Positions 1 to 13,200 of a DNA stretch of 64,000 nt are shown here, piece by piece; within the stretch, counting starts at the first letter, position 1, and each line of letters begins with the position of its first letter. The DNA comes from Sphaeroforma arctica JP610. Its lineage: Eukaryota. The stretch spans positions 15,688 to 79,687 of the forward strand of contig NW_014040418.1 in assembly GCF_001186125.1 (NCBI RefSeq). The letters run 5' to 3'. The notes beneath the pieces were generated by a model. That model made no database searches and had not been told where the DNA came from. It was given only the letters and a program-made list of their open reading frames with translations. The position numbers and the translations under genes were made by a program.

Positions 1-122
1 GGTCTATATATATAAATAGAATTATTAATATCTACATATGAATATATAATTATATATATATACATGTCTGTGTGTGTGTATGTGTGTGTGATCGTTCATG
101 TATGTATATATATGTATGTAGG

Positions 123-202
<80 letters not shown>

Positions 203-280
203 ATATATATGGATATGCTGCCAATCAAATGTATCGCAAACATACGCGTGTGGACTACTTTGTCTTAGCCTATAGCCTAC

Positions 281-437
281 CTGCATCGTCACTGTTTTGC
301 ATCAGCTCTCTATATATGGTATACTCTGCCGAATATCTAGCCAGAATTTTATCGATCAGATGCCGCTGGTTGACTTCTACTTTCTCCTCCTTCCCTTCCA
401 ACAGCACATGCTGTTTGATGTCATCGTACTTCCCCAT
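281..437 (-). CDS. First coding exon of a GHKL/HATPase_c (sacsin-like N-terminus, DUF3684-type) protein; gene continues beyond the left edge of the window
   Basis: ATG at 437 gives MGKYDDIKQHVLLEGKEEKVEVNQRHLIDKILARYSAEYTIYRELMQNSDDA, followed by a GTAGGC donor at 280 and a microsatellite-rich intron. RELMQNSDDA is GHKL motif I (ELxxNxxDA). VNxRxLIDKxLARYS resembles, from memory, fungal DUF3684 proteins. Confidence 0.8.
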
Positions 438-2919
438 ACGAATCCCCTGCACGCCTTAGCTTGGTCTACGTATGATATAGGATTGATTACTTGTGCAGAA
501 CGTAATTGTATTGTATTTGAGGTTTGAGATACCTTCTTCTAATCACAAGATCAAAATTGAACACCAATAATACAAATACAGATGCGCGATCCGGGCTTAT
601 TCCTTCTTCTGGTGACTGAAGAGACCACTAAATACATATTTACGACTACTACATCGAGAGACTAGAAACTCTAGAAAGTGATGATTATTTTTAAGTTTTA
701 AGAGCAAACCCTAAAATCGATTACTCATCGGAATCATTATCGCAGAAATCTATACATTCATGTCTTCTTCGTTACAACTTGAGGCGTATATATTTACTTA
801 TGTACAGTATATAGAGTATGTTTAGAACCAAAGCCAAACCCATATGGATTGTGTATTTATGTGACAAGGTGTTTTCAAAACAGTGTGGTGACTGCACATT
901 GTATGCAAGTTTAGTTAAGCAAATACTTTCGATTATGACGGACGACGGGATGTAGGTTTTGTACAAAGTTAAAAAGCAATTACAATTGTGATACTTTTAA
1001 TAAATTAATAAATGTTCAGTAAAAGACCTAATAGTTTTTTAATCATATATAATATGAATAGAACAAAACAAGGAGGACAACAAGAATCTCTCGATGCCTC
1101 TAGTATCGATACAACATTTCATTAAGCTTTTGATTCATGTTCAGTCACTCAACAAACATTTAGATACATTGTGATACCTCGGAGAGTACCTCGATTGGAC
1201 ATGCATATATTTCAAGGAGTGAATGTAGATTCCTGTGGTATAAGATTAACACGGTGTCCATGATCACTCGACAGGTTAGACCTTTTATCTACTCATGAGC
1301 ATAACATATACTGCCGGTGGTAAAGTGTACACCCTCTGCGAATCCACGTGTCGTTACAAGTCAAACCTGTTCCTTATATTTTTTATTTCAATACCCCTTT
1401 CAGAAAATCTGGATCAAGTTGACTACTACTCTACTACCAGTAAATATCAGTTCTGTGATTGTGCATAATATCATGAACAAATTCAGTTGACGATACGTGA
1501 CAGGAATAGCAGTACCTCTTGTATTCTTGTTCTTGGTATCAAAATATGACCATCTCGGGGCATCTCCAGTTCTCCACAAGTAAAAATATATTTAAAAAAA
1601 ATTGGGACTATCAATCTGTGTCCCGACTCCAGTCCAGTGACCAGCCCACACTCACAGCCGCCACAGTCCACGACTCTACACTGTCTACACTCTACAGTCT
1701 ATACACTCTATTGTCGAACACTCTATTTTACAGTCCAATTTTTTTTTCTAAAGTGTACATAAAAATACTGCATGTAACGTTCTTTTTTTTTTCAACAAAA
1801 ATAACAAAACAAAATAAATAATAAAACAGGTTGAAGTCTGATGTTTTTTATTAGAAGAAGGCTATGAGTCAGACTGTCAGAGTGACACTTGGACTCCTGT
1901 TGGCTTTTGAATTTGCAGCCATGCTCCCTCATGTATTTTTTTTAAATTATTCATTTTGCTTTTGTTTTTTTGGGGTTTTATTTCTTTCAATTTTATTTTT
2001 AACCGCTGACGTCAGACAGCTACTGTATGTACTACTCTGCCGCGGAGGTTGAAAATATTTTCTAAAAATATACTAGGCAAATTCATCAGTCAATCAGTCA
2101 TGGCAAAAAAATAATTTACTGGATGGCCCAAGTCCCGTGATGGTATCGTCCCAGAGAGAGAGAGAAGTCCCCCTCGCCTATATGATTTTATTCCCAAAAA
2201 GGAATCTTTTTTATACTAAAACCGGTGATCGCTGTTTCGTTTCTCGTTACTAGGGAATTTACGACAACGAAGTTGCTTGGTAGCATATATTTAAAAACAA
2301 TGTTTTAAACATGTGATCAAAAATGTGTTTTATTCGATTTCTCCCGGGGAACTCGAGACTACGTATGGGATTTTTCGACATCTCGCGAATAAAACACAAC
2401 CATAGCCTGTCCCTCAAAAGTTAGTAGCCATCCAGTTGTACGTCGTTGAGAGGCGCGAGCTCTAATTAAATCATCATATCAACAAACATCAGATGATCAG
2501 ACGGCTGACCCCCCTATTATTATCAATATTTTGAACTGGTGTGCTAAAATCATACACCTGTGGGCTGTGGCTGTGTGGCATCTGTGCACTTGAATTACTC
2601 GAAGCGAGTCGAGCACGTTAGATTCATGCACGCATGCACACGAAAGCACACGCGTGAGGGTAGCGTATGAGAGCGCATGCATAGTCATAGTCACTCACTT
2701 ACCCACGCATAGATTTTATATCGGAATTCAGAAGGTGGTCCCTTCCGAACTTCTGCGCAATAAGGCCACTAACCGTGACAGCCTATTTTTATATAAGCAC
2801 CTTATAATAGTATATATATGATCAACACCTTTACTCAAACTTTTAAAATTAGGTCCGACTTAGATATTTTTATTTATTTATATATCTAAAGAAGGAGCTG
2901 TAATCAGGACACAGCCAAT

Positions 2920-3111
2920 ATGAACACAACTGATGCAAAATTTGTCCTGGGGGGAGTGTGTGGACTACTTATCATTATCTGCGTGCTCCTGAACCGGAGA
3001 TTAATATTCAAACGAGGCGAGAAAAGCATCGGTCCAGGTTTGGTGGTACGTTAATAAACATATTTAAATATATATATATATATATATGTAATATATATAT
3101 AGTAGTATATA

Positions 3112-3152
<41 letters not shown>

Positions 3153-3196
3153 TATATATTATATATATATATATGTGTGTGTGTGTGTATATATAA

Positions 3197-3229
<33 letters not shown>

Positions 3230-6161
3230 TATTACATAGACAAACTCGTGTATTTTTTTATTCAACCTATTCTCTATGGCCTTGCATACATGATCAGAGT
3301 TGTACTTACAGTCGTTTCCTCTGCATCTATTGTATCAGATTTGCATGCTGGTGGGCATGTCTACGGACAATCTTAGTGTTTATGACAATGCACATGGTAC
3401 ATATATATGCTCTATACGTGCACATGCACATATTCATATACTTGCACATACACATATTCATATACTATATATATTCATGTACTTGCACATACACATAAAC
3501 ATACATGTGTCATTTTGTACTATCGCATGTACACTTTTAGTAAGCAATCGACACCTACACACAAGCACATGCGCAATCACTCACCCACACGTCCACACAA
3601 ACGTACACACGCACGCATACAAGCCACATACACTCGTACGCACATGCTTCCACATCCACAGTCGCATACACACACATATATACCCACACGCACAGAACAC
3701 TCATACACATACACGCGTTGAAACATACGCCCACACACATATGCTTTCATGTTCACAGGCACACGCACGCACGCACACACAAAATGCTTTTCACAATCAT
3801 ACTCACACTTGCATTGACACATACGCCCACAGGCGAGGGAGACAACGGAGAAGACTCTGTTGCCACCCACCGCACCGGATGTCGATCCCAAAGACGATAA
3901 GCCTCTCCCACCAAAGCCGCCTACTATCAAAAGGTAAGTGACTATTAACAAAGGCCTGCGACTAATATCAAAATAAGTTATATACAAGCATATATATAAG
4001 TTATATACAAGCATATATACATAAATATAAAAGGAAGTTATATAGACATGCATAGATATTAGTCATATTTACAAAAGTCATATATACAGGCCTAATTAAG
4101 TCATATATTCAAGCATATGTATGTTTTTATAAGTTATATATACAAGAATATATGTATGTTAAATGGACAAGAATGTATAAGTCACAGCTCAAAGGATGTA
4201 TAAGTCACAAATACGAGGATATGTAAGTTATATATACAAGGATATGTAAGTTTTATATACAAGGATATGAAAGTTATATATACACGGATATGTAAATTTT
4301 ATATACAAGGACATGTAAGTTGTTCATACAAGGATATGTAAGTTATACATACAAGAATATATAAGTTATGTATACAAGGATATATAAGTTATATATACAA
4401 GGATATGTAAGTTATATATACAAGGATATGTAAGTTATATATACAAGAATATGTAAGTTATATATACAAGGATATGTTAGTTATATATACAAGGATACAT
4501 ATGTTTTGCCCCTGTACTATTACCCGCACACTCTCGTCGTGCACTACTCGCCTTCTAATTGTCACTTTTGTGTGATAAATGCATATGCACGCATGTATAC
4601 ACTCTGTCACGTACGTATGTTCTGTGGCGCAGACGGTGTTGTCTGTTGATGCATGCACGGACATACAAACCTTTGCACATCCACTCGTATATGGCCTGTT
4701 GTATGTGGTAAACAATCCAAACACTTCTCATCCATTCACCCATGCATGTACTACAGCACAACACAGCTCCAGTCACTCGTGTGTGCACAGGATGCATCGC
4801 TTCTCTGATCGAAGGCCTCAGGCTTGTTTTGTGTCACCACTCAACTTGCTTTGATTATGCATAGACACAGTTTACGTGCTTCTTTCATCAACACCTCATG
4901 GCATCATTTGTTGGTTGTGTCACCCCACAGCTTACTTTGATTATGCATAGACACAGTTCACGTGCTTCTTTCACCTACACCTCATCGCATCATTTGTTGC
5001 ACGGTGCAGCTTCGCGTATTATCTCGGCACGGACTCCCCGCAGATCAGAGATGAGCTCAACAAGAAAGTGGACATGGTTATTGTACGCGGCCCAGGAAAA
5101 ATCAGTGGATCAAGGGTACGTACGTCTAACAACTGTGGGTGGGATATGTGGAGAGAGAGCAGGGGTTGTAGCACGTACTTGACAGCTCAACTAGGGCGAG
5201 ATAAGAGAAATGTATATATATATATATATAATACTAGTGTTTATGCGAGTTTCAGATACGTCTCTATATCAGTGTCGGTAGATTGCCAGTATGCCCTGTA
5301 AGTTATATACCTAGACTTCTAGTAAGGCCCGTGCCTACAACCTGCTGGGTTTTAGGCTTTGTGGTCTCGAGGACAATACTTCCAGGTTTCGGGACAATCG
5401 CACCATACACTCACTGTCTCCGGTCAGCAGCTAACCAGGCTCGGGTTTTGGGACAATCGAGTTTTTGAGCATAAAGCTGTCTATACGTTCATATACACGC
5501 CATATAATACTACCCACACAGACCCAAATACACACACACACTACAAGTGCACAGGCACCGCAACAGGCGACTGTACGTGCTGGCGTTGTTATGCCGTCGT
5601 GAAACTCACACATCTCATTGCGTGCGTGAGTGCGTTGCTCACTCACTCACACGTATCTCCATCCGTTGGTGTGTTGTCTGGTTGTTCTCTTGCAGAGCTC
5701 CTCCACTGATGAGAAACCCTCGAGTGAACTCGGCATGCTCCCGGTAAGTCGTGTTAAGCACTTGCCCCGCGACTGTGTGTCTGAGTTGGAGTCCAATTAG
5801 ATCCGCTATGTGTGTGACATAATGTCGTATGATCGTACGACATTTGTCATACACCTGTACGTTGCGGTTTCCCGACTGTTTCCTGTGACATGTGTCTGTG
5901 GGTAAGGGTAATGTTTGAATCGACCACCTGTGTTATATTATTACGTCGTGTTGTCCTACAGCCAGACGGTTACATACGATAAAACAGGTATACTTTTAGT
6001 TAACGGTATCTGCACTTATGTTTGTTACGTCTATATATATATATACATATATATTGTGTATGTATGTATGTATGTATGTATGTACGTATATATGAGTGTA
6101 TGTATCTATATATATATATGATGTAGGTATATATGTATATATATATATATAAATATATATG

Positions 6162-6192
<31 letters not shown>

Positions 6193-7267
6193 GTGTGTGT
6201 TTATGTATGTATGTATGTATATGAAGTTGGTGTATATATATATATATGCAAGTAGAGGGATCTAGTGGTCTAGTTGCTGGTACGCTTGTGTGGGCTACAA
6301 GGTACAGACCTGAATAGACTCTTCTGTGTTGTGACGCGATGGTTGGTTGGTTGGTTGGTTGCACACTACCATCCCTATGATATTGTTCCGGTGGGGCCGA
6401 TTATAGTGGGAAAATAGTTCAGTGTCGAATATTAGTGGCTTGTCCATGAGGCCTACACATGCACGGCACTTGTCAACTGGGACTAAATCGCATTCACTGC
6501 GCAATGCTGTACACCTGACGACTGCCGTATGTGTTTGTAGTCTGACGGGGCCGAGTCACAGCCTAGAACTAATTCTAGTGCGAGATTTAGTGCGAAGCCA
6601 TTAATTGAGTGTACGCACACACAGGAAGGTCCTGCAGGTAAACTAATTCTCAATTACGAATACACACTTTATTTCGCAGGATGGGAACCTGGTGATGCTG
6701 GATAGGTCTACTGTGGTGGAAGACGACAACATGATGTCCTTTCCGAACATCGTGCAGAGCAAACCTAAGGAGAGGGAAAGTATGTAACAGGCGCACTCGC
6801 ACACATAGGCACATGCACACAATAGGTCTGAAGCAAACACATACACATACACACAGGTATATTAAAGCACGTGCACACAATAGGTCTGAAGCAAACACAT
6901 ACACATATACACACAGGTATATTAATGCACACACACACACCCAGATACATTCAGACATACGCCTGGGTATGATTAGGCACAAACCCCTACACACGCACAA
7001 CACTGTATACTGCAAGACATACTCACGCGTAAGCACATGAACGCTTGACGTATCTCGGAGCGTATGCACACACGTAAGCTCATAGATGCATTCAGTACTC
7101 CAGAACACACAATCACTCACATGCGTACACACACCCTCTAAGTGCTTCACAGCACATACACGCACGCGCCACGCATGTGCGAATATATAAATGTATATGT
7201 ATGTATGTATGTATGTATGTATATATATATATGTGTGTGTGTATATACATATATATATATATGTGTG

Positions 7268-7299
<32 letters not shown>

Positions 7300-10200
7300 T
7301 TCATGTGAGAGCATACCTCTGTATAATTCAGCCATATATTTCTTATCCTTGGCACTGCTTCTTACTCACTGTCACACTAATTCACTCACTCACTCCCGCC
7401 CGCAGATGATGTGGATACCATGTTCATTGTGCTGGTTGATCTGATCTCGTTGTCTGCGGAGGAGAAGACAGGCTACGAGAAGCGCTTCAGGAAGAGGCTG
7501 TCGGATTTTTTGAGTAAAACGGGCTCGAACAACTATCAGGTAGGTGGTGTGTAATAATGTTCATGCTCACTCTGCAGAAAGGAACTATCTCTAGTGGACC
7601 TCTATCATCTCAATCTCTGAGCTGTAGGCGCCTTCTCATCTGCGAGTGTGCGTGTAGCTGTATGCCATTAGGAGGCTCTCTCTCCCCTACAAACACACGC
7701 GTTCTGAACGAATTCTAACCTAGTCACCGTTGTCTCTGCAGGGTGTTGTCTTTGGCGGGATCAACGCGTGCACAGGCATTCTGGGTGTGCAGATGGTGGC
7801 TAAGCTCATCCAGTCTGCTAAGCTGCAGTTCCCACAGCACCTGTTCTTCATGGAAGAGGGTGGCTTGGTGTTTGACCACGTGTCAGACTTCGTCAACGGT
7901 AGGTAGAATATGCCTATTTATGGATATCTATTTATAGATGTTTATTTACAGAACGTGTACTCCAAGACCGTGTAGTCGGATACGTAGTTATGGGCATGCT
8001 ATACTGTAGGTAGTATGACACACAAAACACACGCCTCGAAACTGCACAACGACTGCCACAGCCACACATACATGCGCACACATATCCACACGTACACATA
8101 CAGCCACAGCCACACATACATACGCACACACAGCCACACGTACACACAAAACACACGGCCGCGCCTGCATGAACCAGACCCCACAGTCAACCAGGCTCTA
8201 GAGAGTCTACTACAGATCTCTCTCGCGAGTGAGAGCGAGAGAGAGGGGTGTAGGTGCTGTTCTGTGGTGGAGGGTAGATAGGCACATGGGGACTCTGGGC
8301 TGAGAGCATAGGCAACCCTAACCTTACAGCAACACACACTCACATGCACGCTTGTGTGTCTAGTTCAGTGTCTGTCTATGTTGATTGCTGATTGTTGATT
8401 CTATGTCGCGATAGGAGACCGGGGTGTTTATAGACTGTACTGTGTGTATGCTCAGGGATAGGCACCCCACACATTTACACACACAACAACACTGATCACA
8501 TACAAATACTATCTGTCTACTATACCCCTAAATACAAATCATAAACCAAAACCCTAAACCCTAAAACACACACCCACACACCCTCCCACAGGCGTTATCC
8601 TTCTGAACCCAACGCTGGATCCCAGTGGCAAGCTACGTGTGCGTCTGTACGACAAAGAGACGGAGACCTACAACCAGTTTGTAGCCAAGCTCAACACAGA
8701 GATCGCCATCCGCACAGACTTCTTTACGCTCGCGTGTGAGGCTGTGAGAGTGCCGCCGCCTGCGGAGTTGGTGGCGAACTTTGTGTCGTTTACGGAGGGT
8801 ATGTGGGGGGATGTATGGACAGACTGTAGGACAAGTGTTGAAATGTGTAAAAGGGGTGATATGAGGGGTGATTAACATGTTTATAAGGGGTGGTTAATAT
8901 ATGTATAAGGATAAGGGGTGATTAACATATGTATAAGGGGTGATATGAGGGGTGATTAACACATGTATATGGGGTGATATAAGGGGTGATTAACATATTT
9001 ATAAGGGGTGATATGAGGGGGGATTAACATGTGTATAAGAGGTGGTTAATATATGTATAAGGATAAGGGGTGATATGAGGGATGATTAACATGTGTATAA
9101 GGGGTGGTTAATATGTGTATAAGGATAAGGGGTAATTGACATATGTAGAAGGGGTGATTAAAATTTGTAGGCTAGTAACCTTATTAGGTAGCGCTTCTTT
9201 TGGTGACGTTGTTTCCGAGGTACATTGATATGGTGCTAGTGGCACAGTACACACCATTGTTACTCCGTTATATTTATATACTACTCCCACCTGACTCCTC
9301 GCATAAATACAACCCTAACATTGTTCAGGGCTTGGGTTTGTGGGATGGATGACAACTGACGTCACCATGCAGAACACCAATCAAGTGCGTCCGTTGGCTC
9401 TGGATCTGATGCCCGGAGGTCTCCTTGGTAGGTATCCCTCGACCGATGTGCTATAAATAGAACACCCGCTCATCAGGCAATCGATTAATCACATGCACTA
9501 GTTTTTATTGACACCATATCTTCATCAGTCTTTTGTGTATGCTTTCGTGCCCCGTCAGTAGCAGTTTATGAATTATATATATTATACATATTGAATGGCT
9601 CTCATCTAACCTCTGCTTATTTTCCGATGTCCCGTTGGCTCTCGTTTAATTTCTGCGTATTTGTCGATATATCATTGGCTCTCATTTAACCTCCGCGTAC
9701 CTGGCACATTGAACCCCCACGTTCAGGATTGATCGACATCTCGGCTGTGGTCAGTTGCTGTAAGGCAGTGGCGGCTGTGACTAAACAACACTCTCTGGTG
9801 CTACAGGATAGCGTGCCGTCACAGGACTGGGATACCTTTCTCCAAGAGGTATGTTCGTATGCACATGTCTGTGTGGTTTGGTCTACACATGATGCTCATG
9901 TATGTATCATATACATCCGGATGTCTGTGTATGTGTATGGGTGTTTATGCTCATGTATGTATCATATACATCCGGATGTCTGTTTGTGTATATGGGTGTT
10001 TATGCTCATGTATGTATCACATACATCCGGATGCCTGTGTATGTCTGTGTATGTATATGGGTGTTTATGCTCATGTATGTATCATAACCCTTATGCTCAT
10101 GTATGTATCATATACATCCGGATGTCTGTGTATGTCTGTATATATGTATGGGTGTTTATGCTCATGTATGTATCATATACATCCGGATGTCTGTGTATGT

Positions 10201-13200
10201 ATATGGGTGTTTAAGCTCATGTATGTATCATATACATCCGGAAGCCTGTGTATGTCTGTGTATACGTATGGGTGCTTATGATCATGTATGTATCATATAC
10301 ATCCGGATGTCTGTGTATGTCTGTGTCTGTGTATGGGTGTTTATGCTCATGTATGTATCATATACATTCGGATGTCTGTGTATGTCTGTGTGTGTGTTTG
10401 GGTGTTTATGCTCATGTATGTCAGTGTATGTCTGTGTGTGTGTATGGGTGTTTATGCTCATGTATGTATCACATACATCCGGATGTCTGCATAAGTGTAT
10501 GTCTGCGTATGTGTATGGGTGTTTATGCTCATGTATGTATCATATACATCCGGATGTCTGTGTATGTCTGTGTTTGTGTATGGGTGTTTATGCTCATGTA
10601 TGTATCATATACATTCGGATGTATGTGTATGGCTGTGTATGTGTATGGGTGTTTATGCTCATGTATGTATCATATACATTCGGATGTATGTGTATGGCTG
10701 TGTATGTGTATGGCTGTTTATGCTCATGTATGTATCATATACATCCGGATGTCTGCATAAGTGTATGTCTGCGTATGTGTATGGGTGTTTATGCTCATGT
10801 ATGTATCATATACATTCGGATGTCTGTGTATGGGTGTTTATGCCCATGTATGTATCATATACTGTATATGTTTGAGTGTTTATGCACATGTATGTCTGTG
10901 TATGTGTATGGGTGTTTATGCTCATGTATGTATCATATACATTCGGATGTCTGTGTATGTGTTTGGGTGTTTATGCTCATGTATGTCTGTGTATGTGAAT
11001 GGGTGTTTATGCTCATGTAAGTATCATATACATTCGGATGTCTGTGTATGTGTATGGGTGATTGCTCATGTATGTATCATATACAAACGGATGTCTGCAT
11101 AAGTGTATGTCTGTGTATGTGTACGGGTAAGTTCCTGTGCTTTGCTCGCGACGTAACCACTATCACACGCTGGTGCAGTAGCATGACTTTCACTTTCACG
11201 TCTGCGATGCCTAAGCAGACCTGTGTGCGTATGTGTGTGTATTTGGTTACGAATCTTCTAATATGCATATGTATATTCGTTTGGCTACTAATCTTCTTAT
11301 ATGCATATCATATCGAGGTCAACTACACACCCCACTCACCTGCATTCGCCTTCACCTTCGCATTCGTTTTGAACTCCTCTTTATTTGGCCACTATGCAGT
11401 TGGGCATGGACGATGTGATTGAGGACTACTGCCCCGAGATCAAGTTCATTGACCCGGATGTGTGGAGGCTGGATAACGACATGCGCAAAGTGGACAGTCG
11501 GTCCTTTCAGCTTGCACTTGCACCTGTAGATCCGGACTTTCGAGACTGGCCAAGCAATGAGTGCCGAGGTCAACGTCCTGTCGGTGGTATGTGTTGTGTG
11601 GGTGCATCGATGTGTATGTAGACTATATGTCTGTATGTCTGTACATACGGGTGAGCTTATACGGAGCTATTGGTATCGGATATAGTACTTGTGACAGTAA
11701 TAGTATTGTTGTATATGAAGTGTCTGAGGGGTGTATGCGTGCGCATCTGTACGCGTACGGGAGTGCTTCTAAACTGAGACGGGACCTGTTTCCGTTGCAC
11801 AGTAGGTCGTCGGTGCCTCTCGTCTTCAACCGAGTGCGCAGTAGCACGTGTGTACATGTATTCACCTACGTCAAGTGGTTATACCTGGTGTGAGTGTATG
11901 TGTCTTCATATGACTAGCGTCGAGGTGCATTCGACTATCACAGACACGTGTGCTGCCAAGTATACTCATGAACCATCCTTCCTCCGTGTGGTTTCACGTA
12001 TCAAGTGCCATCCATACATCCCCCTCACTCACTCACTCACCCCACCCTACCTGTCTCCGTGCACACACACACACACCACAGAATGGGCGCATGACTTCAA
12101 ACACGAGGACCGTATCCTGGCGTCGCTGAGTTTCCTGCAAGGAGAAGGCCATCTCAAGAACATTGCGGATGTTATTAAGCTGGAGGTAGTGCCTGAGTCA
12201 TTCGACCAGTTTGAAAACAACGTCGTCGATGCGACAGAACCCTCCTTTGACGAGGTGAGTATCTCAGAATAACTACCCACCCAAAGGGTGAATAGAATAG
12301 CCTGTACCCATCTAGGTAGAAAGAAGATATGTATCTGTATATAAAAGTATGAACGTATGTATATATGTATGTACGTATATATATATATATGCATATACAT
12401 ACGCACACACTCACACCCCCAACCCACTCACCCACCACCCGGCAGCTAATCTCTACCCTGGCTGGGCTGCTAGAAGAACCTACGCCCAGTGCACAGAGTT
12501 ATCTGCGCATGTGCAGCCAAACAGCAGTGCAGGAGCTGCATGTGCTTAAGGCTGGCCTCATGCGCAAGGTCATTAAGGTGTTCACAGCCGATAAGACGGT
12601 GTTCTTCTACCAGAACAATGCGGAGGATAATATAAGTATGTGTTTGTGGTGGTATGTGTGTAGGCGATAGATATAGGTGTGTGTGTGTGTAGTATACATG
12701 TAGGAGAGAAGTGTAGGTATGTGTGGGTGTAGCATGTTTGTAGGAGAGAGGTATAGGTGCGTATGTTGTAGTATGTATGTGGGAGATAGGTATAGGTGTG
12801 TGTGTGTGTAGCATGTATGTACCAGGGCACCAACGAGACTATTATACGTTTGCTTTGTTATATAATACTCTTATTCGTACGCATATATCCACATACATGT
12901 AGCACCACATACAACCCCTCACACTAACGCACATATGTAAACACTCACACTCCACACATATGTACACACTCGCACTTCACACATATGTGCACATTCACAT
13001 GTCGTAGCACGGTATCCCATACACCTCTCACACTCCCCCACACCTGTGCCCATTCTCTAACAGACTCTCTGAGCATTGAGCAACAAATCGCTCACCAGTG
13101 GGAACGGGCCAGCCGATTCATGGCAATGTACGAAGACGCAGACCGTCTACTCAACATCTACGTAGCCTCAGACCACCCTAGTGTAGCCGAAGCCACGCTG

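Larger units (their letters stand above)
2920..9427 (+). other. N-terminal TM anchor plus GH114/PelA-like (beta/alpha)-barrel region of the giant gene (exons 1-9)
   Basis: Exon 1 has a hydrophobic helix ([17 protein letters not shown]) followed by a Pro-rich linker. Then come SFAYYLG...[51 protein letters not shown] and FFTLACE, a pattern resembling GH114-type hydrolases. Confidence 0.55.

Noticed and set aside
5962..5987. Possible 26-nt micro-exon (cctacag|...|gtatac)
   Set aside because: The flanking exons join in phase 0 without it; inclusion gives a TAA stop and a frameshift.
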